A stretch of 64,000 nucleotides of DNA from IMG/VR virus record IMGVR_UViG_3300034375_003182, positions 18,756 to 82,755 of that record; one strand, written 5' to 3'. This DNA is from a virus. A model generated the notes under the pieces. It was not told the origin of the DNA. It saw nothing but the letters and a program-made list of their open reading frames with translations, and did no database searches. Numbering within the stretch: position 1 is the stretch's first letter; each line of letters begins with the position of its first letter. The position numbers and the translations under genes were made by a program. Positions 1-11,600 of the stretch are shown here, piece by piece.

Positions 1-2
1 CG

Positions 3-155
3 CATCCCGCTGCTGATGCTTATACTGGTGGGTCTGCTGGGTTTCATACTAGTGGTACCTTTCGTGCTATTAATGACTTTCTTAATATTCCTATTAAGTG
101 GAATACACATTGTGGTGAGCCTTTGCCTCTTGAGCGTAGCGAAGTTCCTTTCTAA
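3..155 (+). CDS. ung: Uracil-DNA glycosylase, C-terminal fragment (truncated by window edge)
   Basis: Not in ORF track; manual translation HPAADAYTGGSAGFHTSGTFRAINDFLNIPIKWNTHCGEPLPLERSEVPF* resembles the family-1 UDG C-terminus (HP motif ... GF ... F..IN.FL..PI.W). UDG is common in Crassvirales replication arms. Confidence 0.7.
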   Translation, partial: HPAADAYTGGSAGFHTSGTFRAINDFLNIPIKWNTHCGEPLPLERSEVPF

Positions 156-165
156 ATTTTAAATT

Positions 166-723
166 ATGAAACAGTTAGCAAGAATTATTAAAGACTGTGG
201 TCACCGTGGAAAGGTGGGCCACATTTATGAAGTGATAGAAAAGAATCCAGGAGATGGATTTAGATTAGTAATACCAGGTCAAACTCAATTTACATTTTGG
301 TATCCGGAAGATTGTATAGAAGAGGTTGAGCTTGGGGCGTGCACTGTGCCGTCCTTTGATGTAGGTAAGTGGACAGAAAGTATAAAAGCTTTAGAAGAAA
401 CTACTACTGGTCTAGATTTAGAGGATATAAAGAAAAAATCTACTTGGAAAGTCCCTGAGAATGCAGATTTTGCATGGCACTTGGACAAAGTTACTGAATC
501 TATCACGGATTTATTGAAGGAAAAGAACGCTGCGTATGGAAACACGGCGCTCAATCCTCTTGGTATCTTTAGCAAGCTTGGTGCAGCTGAAGCTATCAAG
601 GCTAGGATAGATGACAAGTTAGCCCGCATATCTAACAAGGGTCTTAACGATGATACAGAAGATACAGCTAGAGATCTAGTTGGTTATCTTTTGTTATTGT
701 TAATGGCTATCGATAGGGATTAA
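166..723 (+). CDS. Nucleotide-modification-associated domain 1 (DUF1599/Nmad1-like) protein
   Basis: C-terminal ITDLLKEKNAAYGN...RIDDKLARI...EDTARDLVGYLLL pattern; converges on and overlaps the end of the 707..5698 gene. Confidence 0.7.
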   Translation: MKQLARIIKDCGHRGKVGHIYEVIEKNPGDGFRLVIPGQTQFTFWYPEDCIEEVELGACTVPSFDVGKWTESIKALEETTTGLDLEDIKKKSTWKVPENADFAWHLDKVTESITDLLKEKNAAYGNTALNPLGIFSKLGAAEAIKARIDDKLARISNKGLNDDTEDTARDLVGYLLLLLMAIDRD

Positions 724-3700
724 CCTTGTTTTGTTCGTACACTTCTAGTATACGTGACATCTGCTTATAACCAGGGAAGAATGGCAACGAGTAATATCCC
801 CATGGGGTCTTATCTCTGTTGTCTTCTCTTTGGGTTATAGCATCTACTACCTCATCCCATGTATTGTTTGTAGCTTTTAATGCATCTATTACTACACCTG
901 TCATTGGTACAGGAGTTCTGATAAAGCTTACCATTTCATTTGGATTACTTAAGAATCCAAGTTCCATTGCTGTTCTTGATAGCGATGCATACATTTTTCT
1001 TGTAGCCCAAGTTTTAGTATATAGTCTTTCATCGTCGTCTCCTTTCATACCAAGGGCCATCAGTGATAGTGCTAGTAATAATACCATTCGTAGTTCTGCA
1101 GCTGCTGCTCTGATCTGTCCCTGTCGCATTGAGAAGTACTCATTGAAAGACATCTTTTGTATGTTTGGATTATCAGGATTGTCTTGTATGTATTGTTTGA
1201 ATAGTTTTTCTGCTACCTCTTTGTTAGCTTTCATTTTATATCCTAAACCAAAAGTAGTTGCTTCAGCTGATAGTTTTAGTGCTGTAGCCAGAGTTCCTTT
1301 TATTTTACCAAAGAAGTTCTCTTCTATTTGCCACGCTTCACCTGCTACTACACTGTAACGACCTTGTTCGTATACATCTGCTACAGGGTTGTATCTAAAT
1401 GTACCTAGCCTTTCTCTAACTAGACGTGGCATCCAGTTTTTAAACTGCATAACAACATTACCAGTTAGAGTTGTGTTAACTACATTAATATCTTCATCAG
1501 ACATCTGCCCTTTTACAGATCCTCCAACGTATCTTGCTATGCCTCTGAATTTATTCATGCCTTCTTCAGACATTCCTTCTATTTTTAGACCATCTTCATT
1601 TATAGTTGTTAACTCAAAGATAGACTTGCTTCCTTCTGGTAGCAGTTCTAATCTTTTAGGCATGCCGTCTTCGTTTACGCCATAGTTCTGGGACATAGCT
1701 ATCAAGATATTGTTATCAATCATCTCATCCGCCTTACGATATGGGTAGTAAAGTTTATCCATAGTAGCAGTCTTTACTAGTTTACTAGCAGATAAGTTGT
1801 TTGCTACACGCATAGTAAAGTCATCTTGCCAAGGTTGGAAGAAGTTTACTAGTCCTAAGTATTTATCTTTTTGTTTGTAGAATAGACGATGTGTTTCCGC
1901 CATCTGCTTGTTTGTATAGTGTAATCCTTTAGCTCCCTCCATATATGCAGAAGCTTTGGCTGCTAAGTATGCAGCTGAACCCGGTATGAATGCAAGGCCT
2001 AATACTTTAGCAGAGAAGTATTGTTTAGCTCCTAGTATTACTTTGTTCTTACTATAACCTCCCCAGTCTGCATCTTTTGTTTGGATACGCTGTCCGTATA
2101 GATAGAAGTTTACATACAGTTGTTCAAATGTTTCTAGCGTATCTCTAGAATTCATTTTTTCTGCTAGTTTACCTGTCTTGTCTAAGAATGCGTTGCCGGT
2201 TGCATCACGTAGTGCAGCTGGATTATCAATTAAGAAACTTTGTAGTGCTAGTATGTGCGCTTCAATCTCTGACTTGTGTGCATAGTTGTGTACGGATTTA
2301 CCCATCAAATATAATGCGCGTCCTAAATCTTTTGTTTTTAAACTATTATCTACCTCACCATTAGCATTTCTAACTGGAGCCATGTACAGTGCAGGTATAG
2401 TTGCAATAGGTAAACCAGTAATCTCATCTAACATTCCGCCTTTGAAGTTATCATCTTCACGGATCTTCAATCCTTCTAGTAGTGTGTCAGAACTTAAGTC
2501 GTAGTTACCTGCAGCAATAGAATCAATTATATCTTGATGTATGTTTGCTATGAAGTTACCTTTAATACCTAGGCCTGACATCTCTGCAAACTTTCTATTT
2601 GTTTTTTGATAGAAGTCAAAGAATTCTTTTAATGGCTTTCTATCATTTAAGTACTTGTATTTATCAGAATAGTACAGCGCTTCTTTTTCAGGCTTAATCT
2701 CTAAGTGATACCAAGCTTTTGGACTTGTCCATGCTGAATCTCTACTGAGGTCATGTGTGTTTAACCAGGCCTGCTTCATTGCTTCACGCTTCTTTCCACG
2801 AACATTATTTGGATCAGGTACCTTCTCATACTTACCTGTCTTCTCATTATACTCTTCGTAGTCTGCAAACATTTCATCTATTCTTGCAAACTCTCTTTCT
2901 TTCCACTTATCAAACTTCTCTTGGTAACCCTCTTTCTTTTGGAATGTTTCTTTTGCCCATGCCACATCTTTGTTTTTTGCGGCATCACGAACTCTTTCAT
3001 AGTACTCAGGCGTATATTTACCAACCAGGCTGCCAGTGTTCTCATCTATCATTAGTCTGTAAGCATCCATCAGTGACATGCCATTGTCTTTGGCCCACTG
3101 TTCTACGCCGCCCTGATATTTTTTTATTTCTTTTTCTAATTCATTCTGTGCACGACGTGTTCTTTGCTGTGCCTTGTCTATGTATCCCCAAGCTGTTTGG
3201 AATACAGGATGGTCAAACTCTGACGCAGTGGCAAATGTCTTAGTTAAGAAGCTAAACTCTTTTACTAATCTAGTTGGATCTCCTACACCAAACTCTTGTC
3301 CCATACCAACAACTCTATCAGCCAGCTCAGCCTTTAAGTCTTCGTGTGTTCTTTGTATAACACCACTAGCTCTATCAAATCTTTGTACTAATTTATTATA
3401 TGCAGCCTCATCAGACTGTTGTAAATCTTTGAAGAAGTCTCTTGAATATTTAGACATACCTGTATATAAACCAAACTTATCTATCAGGTCTACCAGTTCG
3501 TCCATTTCTATGTAGTCCGCATTTTCTGCGCCGTCTGGCAAGAACTTATCTTTTACTCCTATTCTTTTTTCTAAAGATCTAACCTGTCTTGCAACTTCAG
3601 TAAGAACAGTATCTAATCCTCCATTCAATTGTAGAGCGGTTAGACTTTGTTGTATAGATTCTATCTCTGCAGATAGTTTATCATATTTTTGTGGATTGTT

Positions 3701-5698
3701 TCTTACCTTACTTCTTTTTTGTACCAGTGCGCCTTTTCTAGATGTAAGTCTTTTTATAAGTTTATCTATACCTTTATCACCAAACATCTCATTTGCTAAT
3801 GGTATTTGTTGTAAGAACTCATTGCCTGATAAACCTGCTGCTTTACCACCGGCTTCCATCTTGACTACTTTACCAGTTAGCTGGTATTTACCATTTATCT
3901 TTTTACTTTCATACTGTACATGTATAGGTATAACACGAGATTTTCTTACATGTTTTATACCGTACTGTCTTTGTAGTATATCTTTATATGCACCTATCTG
4001 CATATTGTACTGATCCATCTTGCCTACGTGTGGATTCTCTACAATTCTAGCATTCTTTCCATAACTAACTACCTGTTCTGGTCTCGGTGTAATAAACTTG
4101 TAGTCTAGTATATCTACTGTACCATCAGAGTATACAAACATAAGGTCAACTGTACCTGCAGTTTCTTCTGCCACTAAACCTTTTCTACCTATAGGGTCAT
4201 ACACAATCTGCTCTGTCTTTACTACAAGCTCTCCCTCAGGATCTATCTTTGCTTGCATTTCTTTTGCATTTGCATACTGCTCAGCTGCTAAAGAATACAG
4301 TACATTGAACTGACCTTCAGTTAAACCAGACTCTTTTTGTATTTGTTTTTTATCACCCTTCTTTTCAGATAAAAGAATCATTACACGCTCCATAGTACTA
4401 TGATGTTGTGTACCACCGCTTCTTTTTACCTCGTTATTTTTGTTTGCATTTAATTCTATTGCACGCTCTTTACCCACGTTACGTATAAATGCTGCGCTGG
4501 GCCTATCACTTACCCTGTTAGCAATAATTTTATCTGCTTCTGTATCATAGTAACGTGGAGTTGTTCCTGCGGGATCTAATACTATCTGCTTACCAAGTGC
4601 AGCTAGCTCTTCAACCTTTGCATTCTTTACATCTCTGCTTTCTAGTCTTCTACTAGTTTCGTCTAGTTGATCGAGTATCTTTTCAGTTCGCTGCTTGTCT
4701 GACATTGGATTTGTGTCTTCCGCCTGGAAGAACTGCTCTGTTCCTAAGTCAACGTTCTTTAATTCTTTTATACCGTTAAGCTGGTCATTCATTATAGCAA
4801 ACGACGCCTGCGCAAACGGATCACTCTTAGGCATCTTAAATGTTTTTCTGATAAAGTTCATCACCTTATCAAACCATCTTCTAAATCTTGACACTTTCTG
4901 TGGTGTGTCAGCCCCGGTCTCTTGTGCTACTATTTGTTGTGCAATTACTTTACCTATTGCCTCTTCCCTCATTAGTATAGGATCATTCTCATACTGCTTT
5001 TGATAGACAGGATTGTTCATTACATTCCCAAACGCCTCATACTGTTCTATCTCACGCATCATAGATTTGTACAGCGGGCTACCTTTTGCTCGTAAATATT
5101 TTACAAAGAAGTGAGCTGCTTCTTCTGGTAGAGTATCTAGTCCGGCCTTGCCTTCTATGACTTCAACAACTCTGTTTAACATGTCAGCTTTTGCTACAAC
5201 ATCTATTGGGCTACCATTTGCATCTAGTATCTCATCTACTGCTTTATACTCTACACCTATTGTGTCTAAGAAGCTTCGCATTTTATTGTTTAGCTCTATA
5301 CCGGGATCTCCCTTGGCAGCTACCTGATACTGTGGCGGTAAGAAGTCTCCGACATCATTGAACTCACCAACAGCTGTAGCAAATGGCTCTGCTATATATT
5401 TATCTCTGTTAAAGTTTTCTACTATATCATACGAGTACAAAGTAGATTGGCCTAACTTTTTATAATTAATACGATGCCTAGTATTCATCAAAGCATTGTA
5501 TTCTTTTAATTTTTTGTTTACATTTCTTACCTGCGCGTTAGACAAACCTTTGTTAGGGTCTTTAGGTAATCTTAGATCTACCTGGACGTTAGGAGTCTTA
5601 TTGTTGTTCTTTGTATACATGCTATACGCTCCATACAAACCAACGTTTGATACTAACTTAATCCAGTCTGGGTGTTTTCTATTGGGACATGTAGCCAT
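707..5698 (-). CDS. Large ejected virion (cargo) protein with PD-(D/E)XK nuclease domain
   Basis: 1663 aa directly downstream of the vRNAP, as in Crassvirales; TLPEEAAHFF zincin-like helix; GTQHH..ME / E / GTVD / ILDYK / Q...Y nuclease motifs. Confidence 0.75.
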   Translation of the reverse strand: MATCPNRKHPDWIKLVSNVGLYGAYSMYTKNNNKTPNVQVDLRLPKDPNKGLSNAQVRNVNKKLKEYNALMNTRHRINYKKLGQSTLYSYDIVENFNRDKYIAEPFATAVGEFNDVGDFLPPQYQVAAKGDPGIELNNKMRSFLDTIGVEYKAVDEILDANGSPIDVVAKADMLNRVVEVIEGKAGLDTLPEEAAHFFVKYLRAKGSPLYKSMMREIEQYEAFGNVMNNPVYQKQYENDPILMREEAIGKVIAQQIVAQETGADTPQKVSRFRRWFDKVMNFIRKTFKMPKSDPFAQASFAIMNDQLNGIKELKNVDLGTEQFFQAEDTNPMSDKQRTEKILDQLDETSRRLESRDVKNAKVEELAALGKQIVLDPAGTTPRYYDTEADKIIANRVSDRPSAAFIRNVGKERAIELNANKNNEVKRSGGTQHHSTMERVMILLSEKKGDKKQIQKESGLTEGQFNVLYSLAAEQYANAKEMQAKIDPEGELVVKTEQIVYDPIGRKGLVAEETAGTVDLMFVYSDGTVDILDYKFITPRPEQVVSYGKNARIVENPHVGKMDQYNMQIGAYKDILQRQYGIKHVRKSRVIPIHVQYESKKINGKYQLTGKVVKMEAGGKAAGLSGNEFLQQIPLANEMFGDKGIDKLIKRLTSRKGALVQKRSKVRNNPQKYDKLSAEIESIQQSLTALQLNGGLDTVLTEVARQVRSLEKRIGVKDKFLPDGAENADYIEMDELVDLIDKFGLYTGMSKYSRDFFKDLQQSDEAAYNKLVQRFDRASGVIQRTHEDLKAELADRVVGMGQEFGVGDPTRLVKEFSFLTKTFATASEFDHPVFQTAWGYIDKAQQRTRRAQNELEKEIKKYQGGVEQWAKDNGMSLMDAYRLMIDENTGSLVGKYTPEYYERVRDAAKNKDVAWAKETFQKKEGYQEKFDKWKEREFARIDEMFADYEEYNEKTGKYEKVPDPNNVRGKKREAMKQAWLNTHDLSRDSAWTSPKAWYHLEIKPEKEALYYSDKYKYLNDRKPLKEFFDFYQKTNRKFAEMSGLGIKGNFIANIHQDIIDSIAAGNYDLSSDTLLEGLKIREDDNFKGGMLDEITGLPIATIPALYMAPVRNANGEVDNSLKTKDLGRALYLMGKSVHNYAHKSEIEAHILALQSFLIDNPAALRDATGNAFLDKTGKLAEKMNSRDTLETFEQLYVNFYLYGQRIQTKDADWGGYSKNKVILGAKQYFSAKVLGLAFIPGSAAYLAAKASAYMEGAKGLHYTNKQMAETHRLFYKQKDKYLGLVNFFQPWQDDFTMRVANNLSASKLVKTATMDKLYYPYRKADEMIDNNILIAMSQNYGVNEDGMPKRLELLPEGSKSIFELTTINEDGLKIEGMSEEGMNKFRGIARYVGGSVKGQMSDEDINVVNTTLTGNVVMQFKNWMPRLVRERLGTFRYNPVADVYEQGRYSVVAGEAWQIEENFFGKIKGTLATALKLSAEATTFGLGYKMKANKEVAEKLFKQYIQDNPDNPNIQKMSFNEYFSMRQGQIRAAAAELRMVLLLALSLMALGMKGDDDERLYTKTWATRKMYASLSRTAMELGFLSNPNEMVSFIRTPVPMTGVVIDALKATNNTWDEVVDAITQREDNRDKTPWGYYSLPFFPGYKQMSRILEVYEQNKVNPYR

Positions 5699-8600
5699 TT
5701 AACATTCAAATATTGTGCGCAACGTATCTAAGTGTGCTGTTAACGCAGGGTTAGTGCTATCAGGTATAACTAGTTTTATGTTTGGATTAGCGTCGAGTAA
5801 ACTTTTTATTATAACTACTCTAGAATCTATTTCTTGTTGAGTAGATTTGTTACCAGGTTCTAATCCTAGTGGTGGTAGCAAGAAGGTCTTACCTGGGTTC
5901 TTCTTTGCTAGCGTATCTATTTTACCTATACTGTCTGCAAATATAGCAAAATCTACCGGTTCTCCATACTGTGCTTTTGTAGGCGCAGATATTACATTAG
6001 CTTTAGCTGTAAATTTTTTTGCTATTGGCAAACCTTTTGCTTTGGCAACTCTAGCTAAACCATTTGCAAATGTTCCTGACTGATCCACTGGCACAATTGG
6101 TATGCCGGCTATATTAAATATGTCGCCTGTAACAGTTTGCTTGCCTCTACGCATCTCTTTTACATTTGGATCTAGAGTTTTATCAGTATGGTCTTTGCCA
6201 TCTAATGTGATATTATTAGAGTTAACCATTGATATTATTCCCTCTGGCCCATACTCTTGTAAATACATTCCATTACCTAGTGTAGTTATTTGCTCCCATA
6301 CCATAGTCCATGCGTTACCTATTTCCTTTCTCTTGCCTTCAGATAGTTTTTTAACTACAGTTTTATAGTTTGCTTTAGAGTCTTCAGTAAGTTTAAATAG
6401 TTTTTTAATTGTAGTTTTTTTGCCTGCTTTTATTAATCTTGCTTTCTGCTCTCTTGACAATGATGTATCAGGAATTTCTACAGATATAAACTCTTGAGGA
6501 GGCCTATTAGGAGAGGCTATTTGTAATGCTCTAGCCCCAACTATTCTAACCTTATTGCTTAATCCAGGGGGTATTTGTGTTTTTCCTGTGTCTGCCTCAA
6601 ATCCATACGTAGCCTCATCAACCTTTTGTTTCATATATTGAGGAACTACGAATGGATTTTTAAAATTGTTTTTATAGAACTGTAATCTAAAGTTATCTAG
6701 ATTAACATTGCTTTGTTCTTTTGTTCCTGCTAAATACTTTTTTAATATAGGATCAACTATGTCTATGTATTGCTGAGCCGGTATCAAATCCATAAAAGAT
6801 ACAGGGGATGTTTGCTGTCCTGATTGTAGTATTATAAACTTAACAATATCTTTTGCAAGCTCTGGATCTTTCTCCATTAGTACTTGCATGTCTTCTATTA
6901 ATGCATTACGCTCAAAAGATGTAAGACGTTTGTTAAACTTCTTTATATTTTCCGTGGCATACTCAGGGTGTGTAGGATCATATGTCTGCAGTATTGGGAA
7001 TAACTCATTTAGTATTAATGACTTCTTAGTATCCTTCTTCAATTGCATTACTCTTCTAGCTAAACTAGGACTGTCTTTAGTACCTTGGAATAATCTAGAA
7101 GCATCCTTAAATAACTCTTGCTGATTTTCTGTTCTAACTGTTTGTAGTATATAGTTTACTAGTGAGTTTTCTACAAGGCCTGCAAATCTTGCCTTATCAT
7201 CATTTCCTATATCTCTACGATTTATAATATCTACTATTAAAGAGTCTAAAATAAATTCAGCATCTGCTTTACGTGTAGTAGCAAACAGACTATCAAACAT
7301 TCTAGATGAGCTTTCTAAAGATTGCTCAAATGATTTTTGAAAACTTTCATCTAGATACTTATCTAAGTTTACAAATTTGTTTTCAGCTTTTAATGTATTT
7401 AACTTCATTACCTGCATTTTAGCTTCCATTCTATTTTTAGGAGCTAAACCAGATCTGTCACCGGTAACTGCTTCAGATAGCTCTTGCATTGGAATAGTTA
7501 AGCCGTCACGGATATCAATATACTTTTTCATTGCCTGCATTTGGAATGTATGATAATCAATTAGGTCTTGCGGCGTAAACTGATCTAACAGTTTTGCTTT
7601 CTGCTCAGGAGCCATGCCATTAGACATCTCTTCAAACTGTCTTGCCTTTTCACCTAGAGCTAACATTCTTTCCATTGCTGGAATAGTATACTCAACTGTT
7701 GCATCAAAATCTGTAGGTAGCCCTGATAGTGCAGCAATGTCTTTAGCTTTATTTTCATGTTCTTTTTGAAGAGTCTTACTTATTTCACCTAAACCAGTAG
7801 CCGGGTTCTCTGTCTTTGTGGCAACCATCTCGAATAGAACAGGCTGTGTCATAAACTTAGATACAAACTCTAAAGGAACACCTGCTCTAAGCATAGATAT
7901 GTACGTACTAGCAGTAGTCAAGTTACCGTTTATATCAAATACAAATGGATCTTTGGATACATCTACAAAGGCATTGATAAACTCCCCTATAATTTCTGAC
8001 ACATAGTTTAATCCTAACGCATCCCTAGTTCCTCCCATTGGAATAGCTAGGCTCCCATCTTCTAGCTCTATCATTTCATATGCAGGCATGCCTATAGAAA
8101 AGTCTGGGTCTACTCTTAACGCTAGTCCGGCACGTTGTGCTTTTATCTGGTGTGTATTAGCTACAGCTGCAACACCTAAGGCCTTCTTACCTGCTAAGAA
8201 TCTGTTACCCATTTCCTGTATAAACTCAAACTTAAGAAGATCGCTAAATCTAGGGGATTGATTAGACTTTCCTTGCAGGCCTCTAATAACATTAGCCATG
8301 TCTTTTAGTCTCTGAGCTCCAACCGGTCTAACTAGTTGTTCATAGTTAGCCTCATTTAAAACAATTTTTCTAGAGTTAGTTAAGATTTGATTCTGAATAG
8401 CTTGTGTAGCATTCTGTCTTTCTAATGGTATGTCTTGTTTGTCGACTGCATTAGCTATTTGTGAATCAATCTTTTCAAACTCTTTAGATATTTTATCTTT
8501 AACACTTTGAATAGATACATCCATGCCAGTGTCCGCATCTTGTATCTTAGCCATCCTGCGCATCTCTAGTAGTCCTATCTCAAAGTCAATGCTATCTCTT

Positions 8601-11600
8601 TGTGATCTAGGGGCTTTCTTTCTCTTCTTATACAGATTATCAATCTGTTTGCTTACTTCTTGTACCTCTGGGTTCTGATAGTTTTGATAATCTAGTTGTT
8701 TTAGTTTAGCAAACTCTTTATTCATTGCTACAACTTTATCTACAACAGATTCGCCCAATCCTACCTGCTGTGCTAGTGTAGCATACTTTCTAGGATTTAA
8801 AGTTCTAAGAGCTTGTACTCTTTGAGTGCTTGTAGAGTTTGCATTAGTTAGGAATGGTACAACATTTAGTTCATTCTTACTACGGTTATATGTATAGTTA
8901 GGTAGGAATATAGATAGTTTATCAATATCGTAGTCACTACCAGCTTTAACTACAATCTCTGAAGGTACCATGATAGCATCACCAGCCTCTTGCGGTAAGA
9001 AGCCTGCTATCTCAATTGCTTCTATAGAGTTCAATGCTGACGTTGGAATACGGAATCCATATACTTCAAGCATCTCTTTGCCTCCTATCTTTTCACCGTC
9101 TCTATATACACCATCTTCTCTTATAGTAACATTCTCTCCAATCAGCTCTTTAAAATAATGTGGTAACATTACCTGCATTGCTTTTACCTTACCATCTTCT
9201 TTTCTATAGAACTGTAGTGCAGCAACGTTCGCCCCATACTTATGTTTATCTTGGTATACAGTACGTTGTTCTACCTCTATACCTGCAGATGATACTTGTA
9301 CCTTAGCGCCTCCAAATGTTTTATAGTTTACAATACGATTAGATACTAAAGAGTATAGAAGGTTTTCTATCTTAGGCTTATTACCTAATACATCTAGCAC
9401 TCTAGTTTCTCCTGATAAGAATTCTTCTAGACCATCTAAGTATGCATCGGACATGTCTCGTCTTTCAGCCTCACCTCTTAATACTTCTGTAAGCTTTTCA
9501 TATCCTTCCTCACTGATAGTAAACTCATTGCCTGCGTCTTCTATTCCAAACTCTCGTTTTAAAGACTCAAACTCCGCATCAACTAGTTCATTTTCTAATA
9601 CCTGTAGTCTTTTATCTATAGCAGCAACTTCTTTATTTACAACCTTACCATTCTCATATGCATTAGAAGCAAGTAGTGCTCTTTGCTGACTACCTTTAGA
9701 TACTTTTGTTTTTACTGGGTTCTGAGTTTCAACTTGTATACCCATAAAGTCGTAGTACAACTCTGATACATTAGCCTGGTCTATTCCCGCATAGTCTCCA
9801 GACTCATCATAGAAGTCATTAGATGCATTATCTGCTCCTACAACTTTACCTACTTTAACACCACTTTCAAATACCGCTAGCCCCACCTGATTATCTATCA
9901 TGTCGTCTAGCATCTTACCTAAATTACTACCCTTACCAATAGACTCTACTAGTTGTGGGTATATAGGTAATACAGATAGCTTGATAAATGCAGGTGAATA
10001 TATACCTGTAGCGTATGTAGGCCCGTAGTACTGTGGTTTTAGTGGAGGGAATACTGCCATCTCTTGTGCAGATAGTGGTTGACCCTCTCTAACTTTTTTA
10101 TATGCAGTTCTTTGATCTGGCGTAACATTACCTACACGCTCTAAGAATTCCATATACTCATCAATAGTCATGTAACCTTGCGCATCTGCCTCATCAAACT
10201 CTAAGTATGGTCTTAGTATTTCGTATACTTCTTCTGTCTTAGGGTCTAGTTGTACATTAGGTGTTTCTAATTTAATTTGTATAGCCGCAGGATCTGCTCC
10301 ATATGCTTCAGCATACTCTAAAAATCTTTCATTAGTTATAGAAGCTTTTACATCTCTATAAGTTATGTGGCGCATCTTGCCGTCTGCAGTCTTACCATCT
10401 AATCTTTCATAGTTTTGGTTTAACCAGTCATTTACTTCTACACTGTTATCTGCAAAGAGCTTAGGCCCGTGTGGTCCTGATGTACGTTTAAAGAATGAGT
10501 CTGGCTTAAAGAATCCTAAGTCTCCTAGTACAGCTATAGTCTGCTCTATGTTACCTGCTTCATGCAGCATCACAAACTTCTTAAGCATGTTCATTACATC
10601 TCCCTCTAGCATAGAGTTGTGAGTACCACTCTTCTCAAAATCTAAATTGTTCTTAGCAAGTATTTGATCTGATACCTCAACGTTATATTTTATATTGTTT
10701 TCAGGATCTAGCTTAATTAATTTATTTTCTATGCCTGCTCTAAACAGTTCTTCAGCTCTAGTTTTTAGATGTGTTCTTAAGTCTGCTTCTATAGCCTCTT
10801 TATTCTCAGCCATATATGCATCTATGTTTCCTACTCCACCTACATCTTGTAAATTTACTGAGGTTACATAGTCAAATACTCTTAATTGTCCCTTGTTTCT
10901 ATTGTAACCATCTATAGAGTTACCATGATTACTAAGAGCTTTGTATATTTCTTGTCTTAAATACTTTGACATTTGACCTACATACTCTGCTTCTGTCTTA
11001 GGCATAAGATCTATAAGTGCAGAGCCTTCTTCATTTCTTGCATTTAAGTCAAATACAAATTGTGATTTCTTTTCTGCTGGTCTTATCTGTGGTATTCTAC
11101 CATCTAGCACAGCATTGAAGTCTGTTCTAAATCTTCTAGAAGGCGAGTTGTTTTCATATACAAACCCTCTACGGTTACCTTCTTTCTTGATACCATTCAA
11201 TGTACCCATACCTATCTTCATGCCTCCCATACTTCCTTCTAGGAATATAGAACCTTTAACAGACTCCATTAGTTCCCCGGTTTCAGGATCTATAAAGAAC
11301 TCAGGTACACGACCATTGTTTAGTCTACCTACTATATTAGTTGTAAAGTTATTTGTTATTACACCGTAAGCAGTTTTACCATCAGCTGTTTGGAATTGTA
11401 GGTCCACAGACTTTTCAGTTCTATCAGCTTGTATATCTATAATCTTTTTAAATCTACTAAACGCTCCGCTTTCTCTGCTGAATATATCCTCTATACTAAC
11501 GCCCTCTTCACCAAGCTCTACTAGTTTAGATAGTATACCTGTACCCTCTGATGGTACAAGCTCTGAAAGAATATTCATTCTTTGTTTAGTACTAAGAGAC

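Noticed and set aside
3960-4420. Cas4 / CRISPR association
   Set aside because: No Fe-S cysteine cluster, no array and no other cas genes; domain lies within a virion protein.
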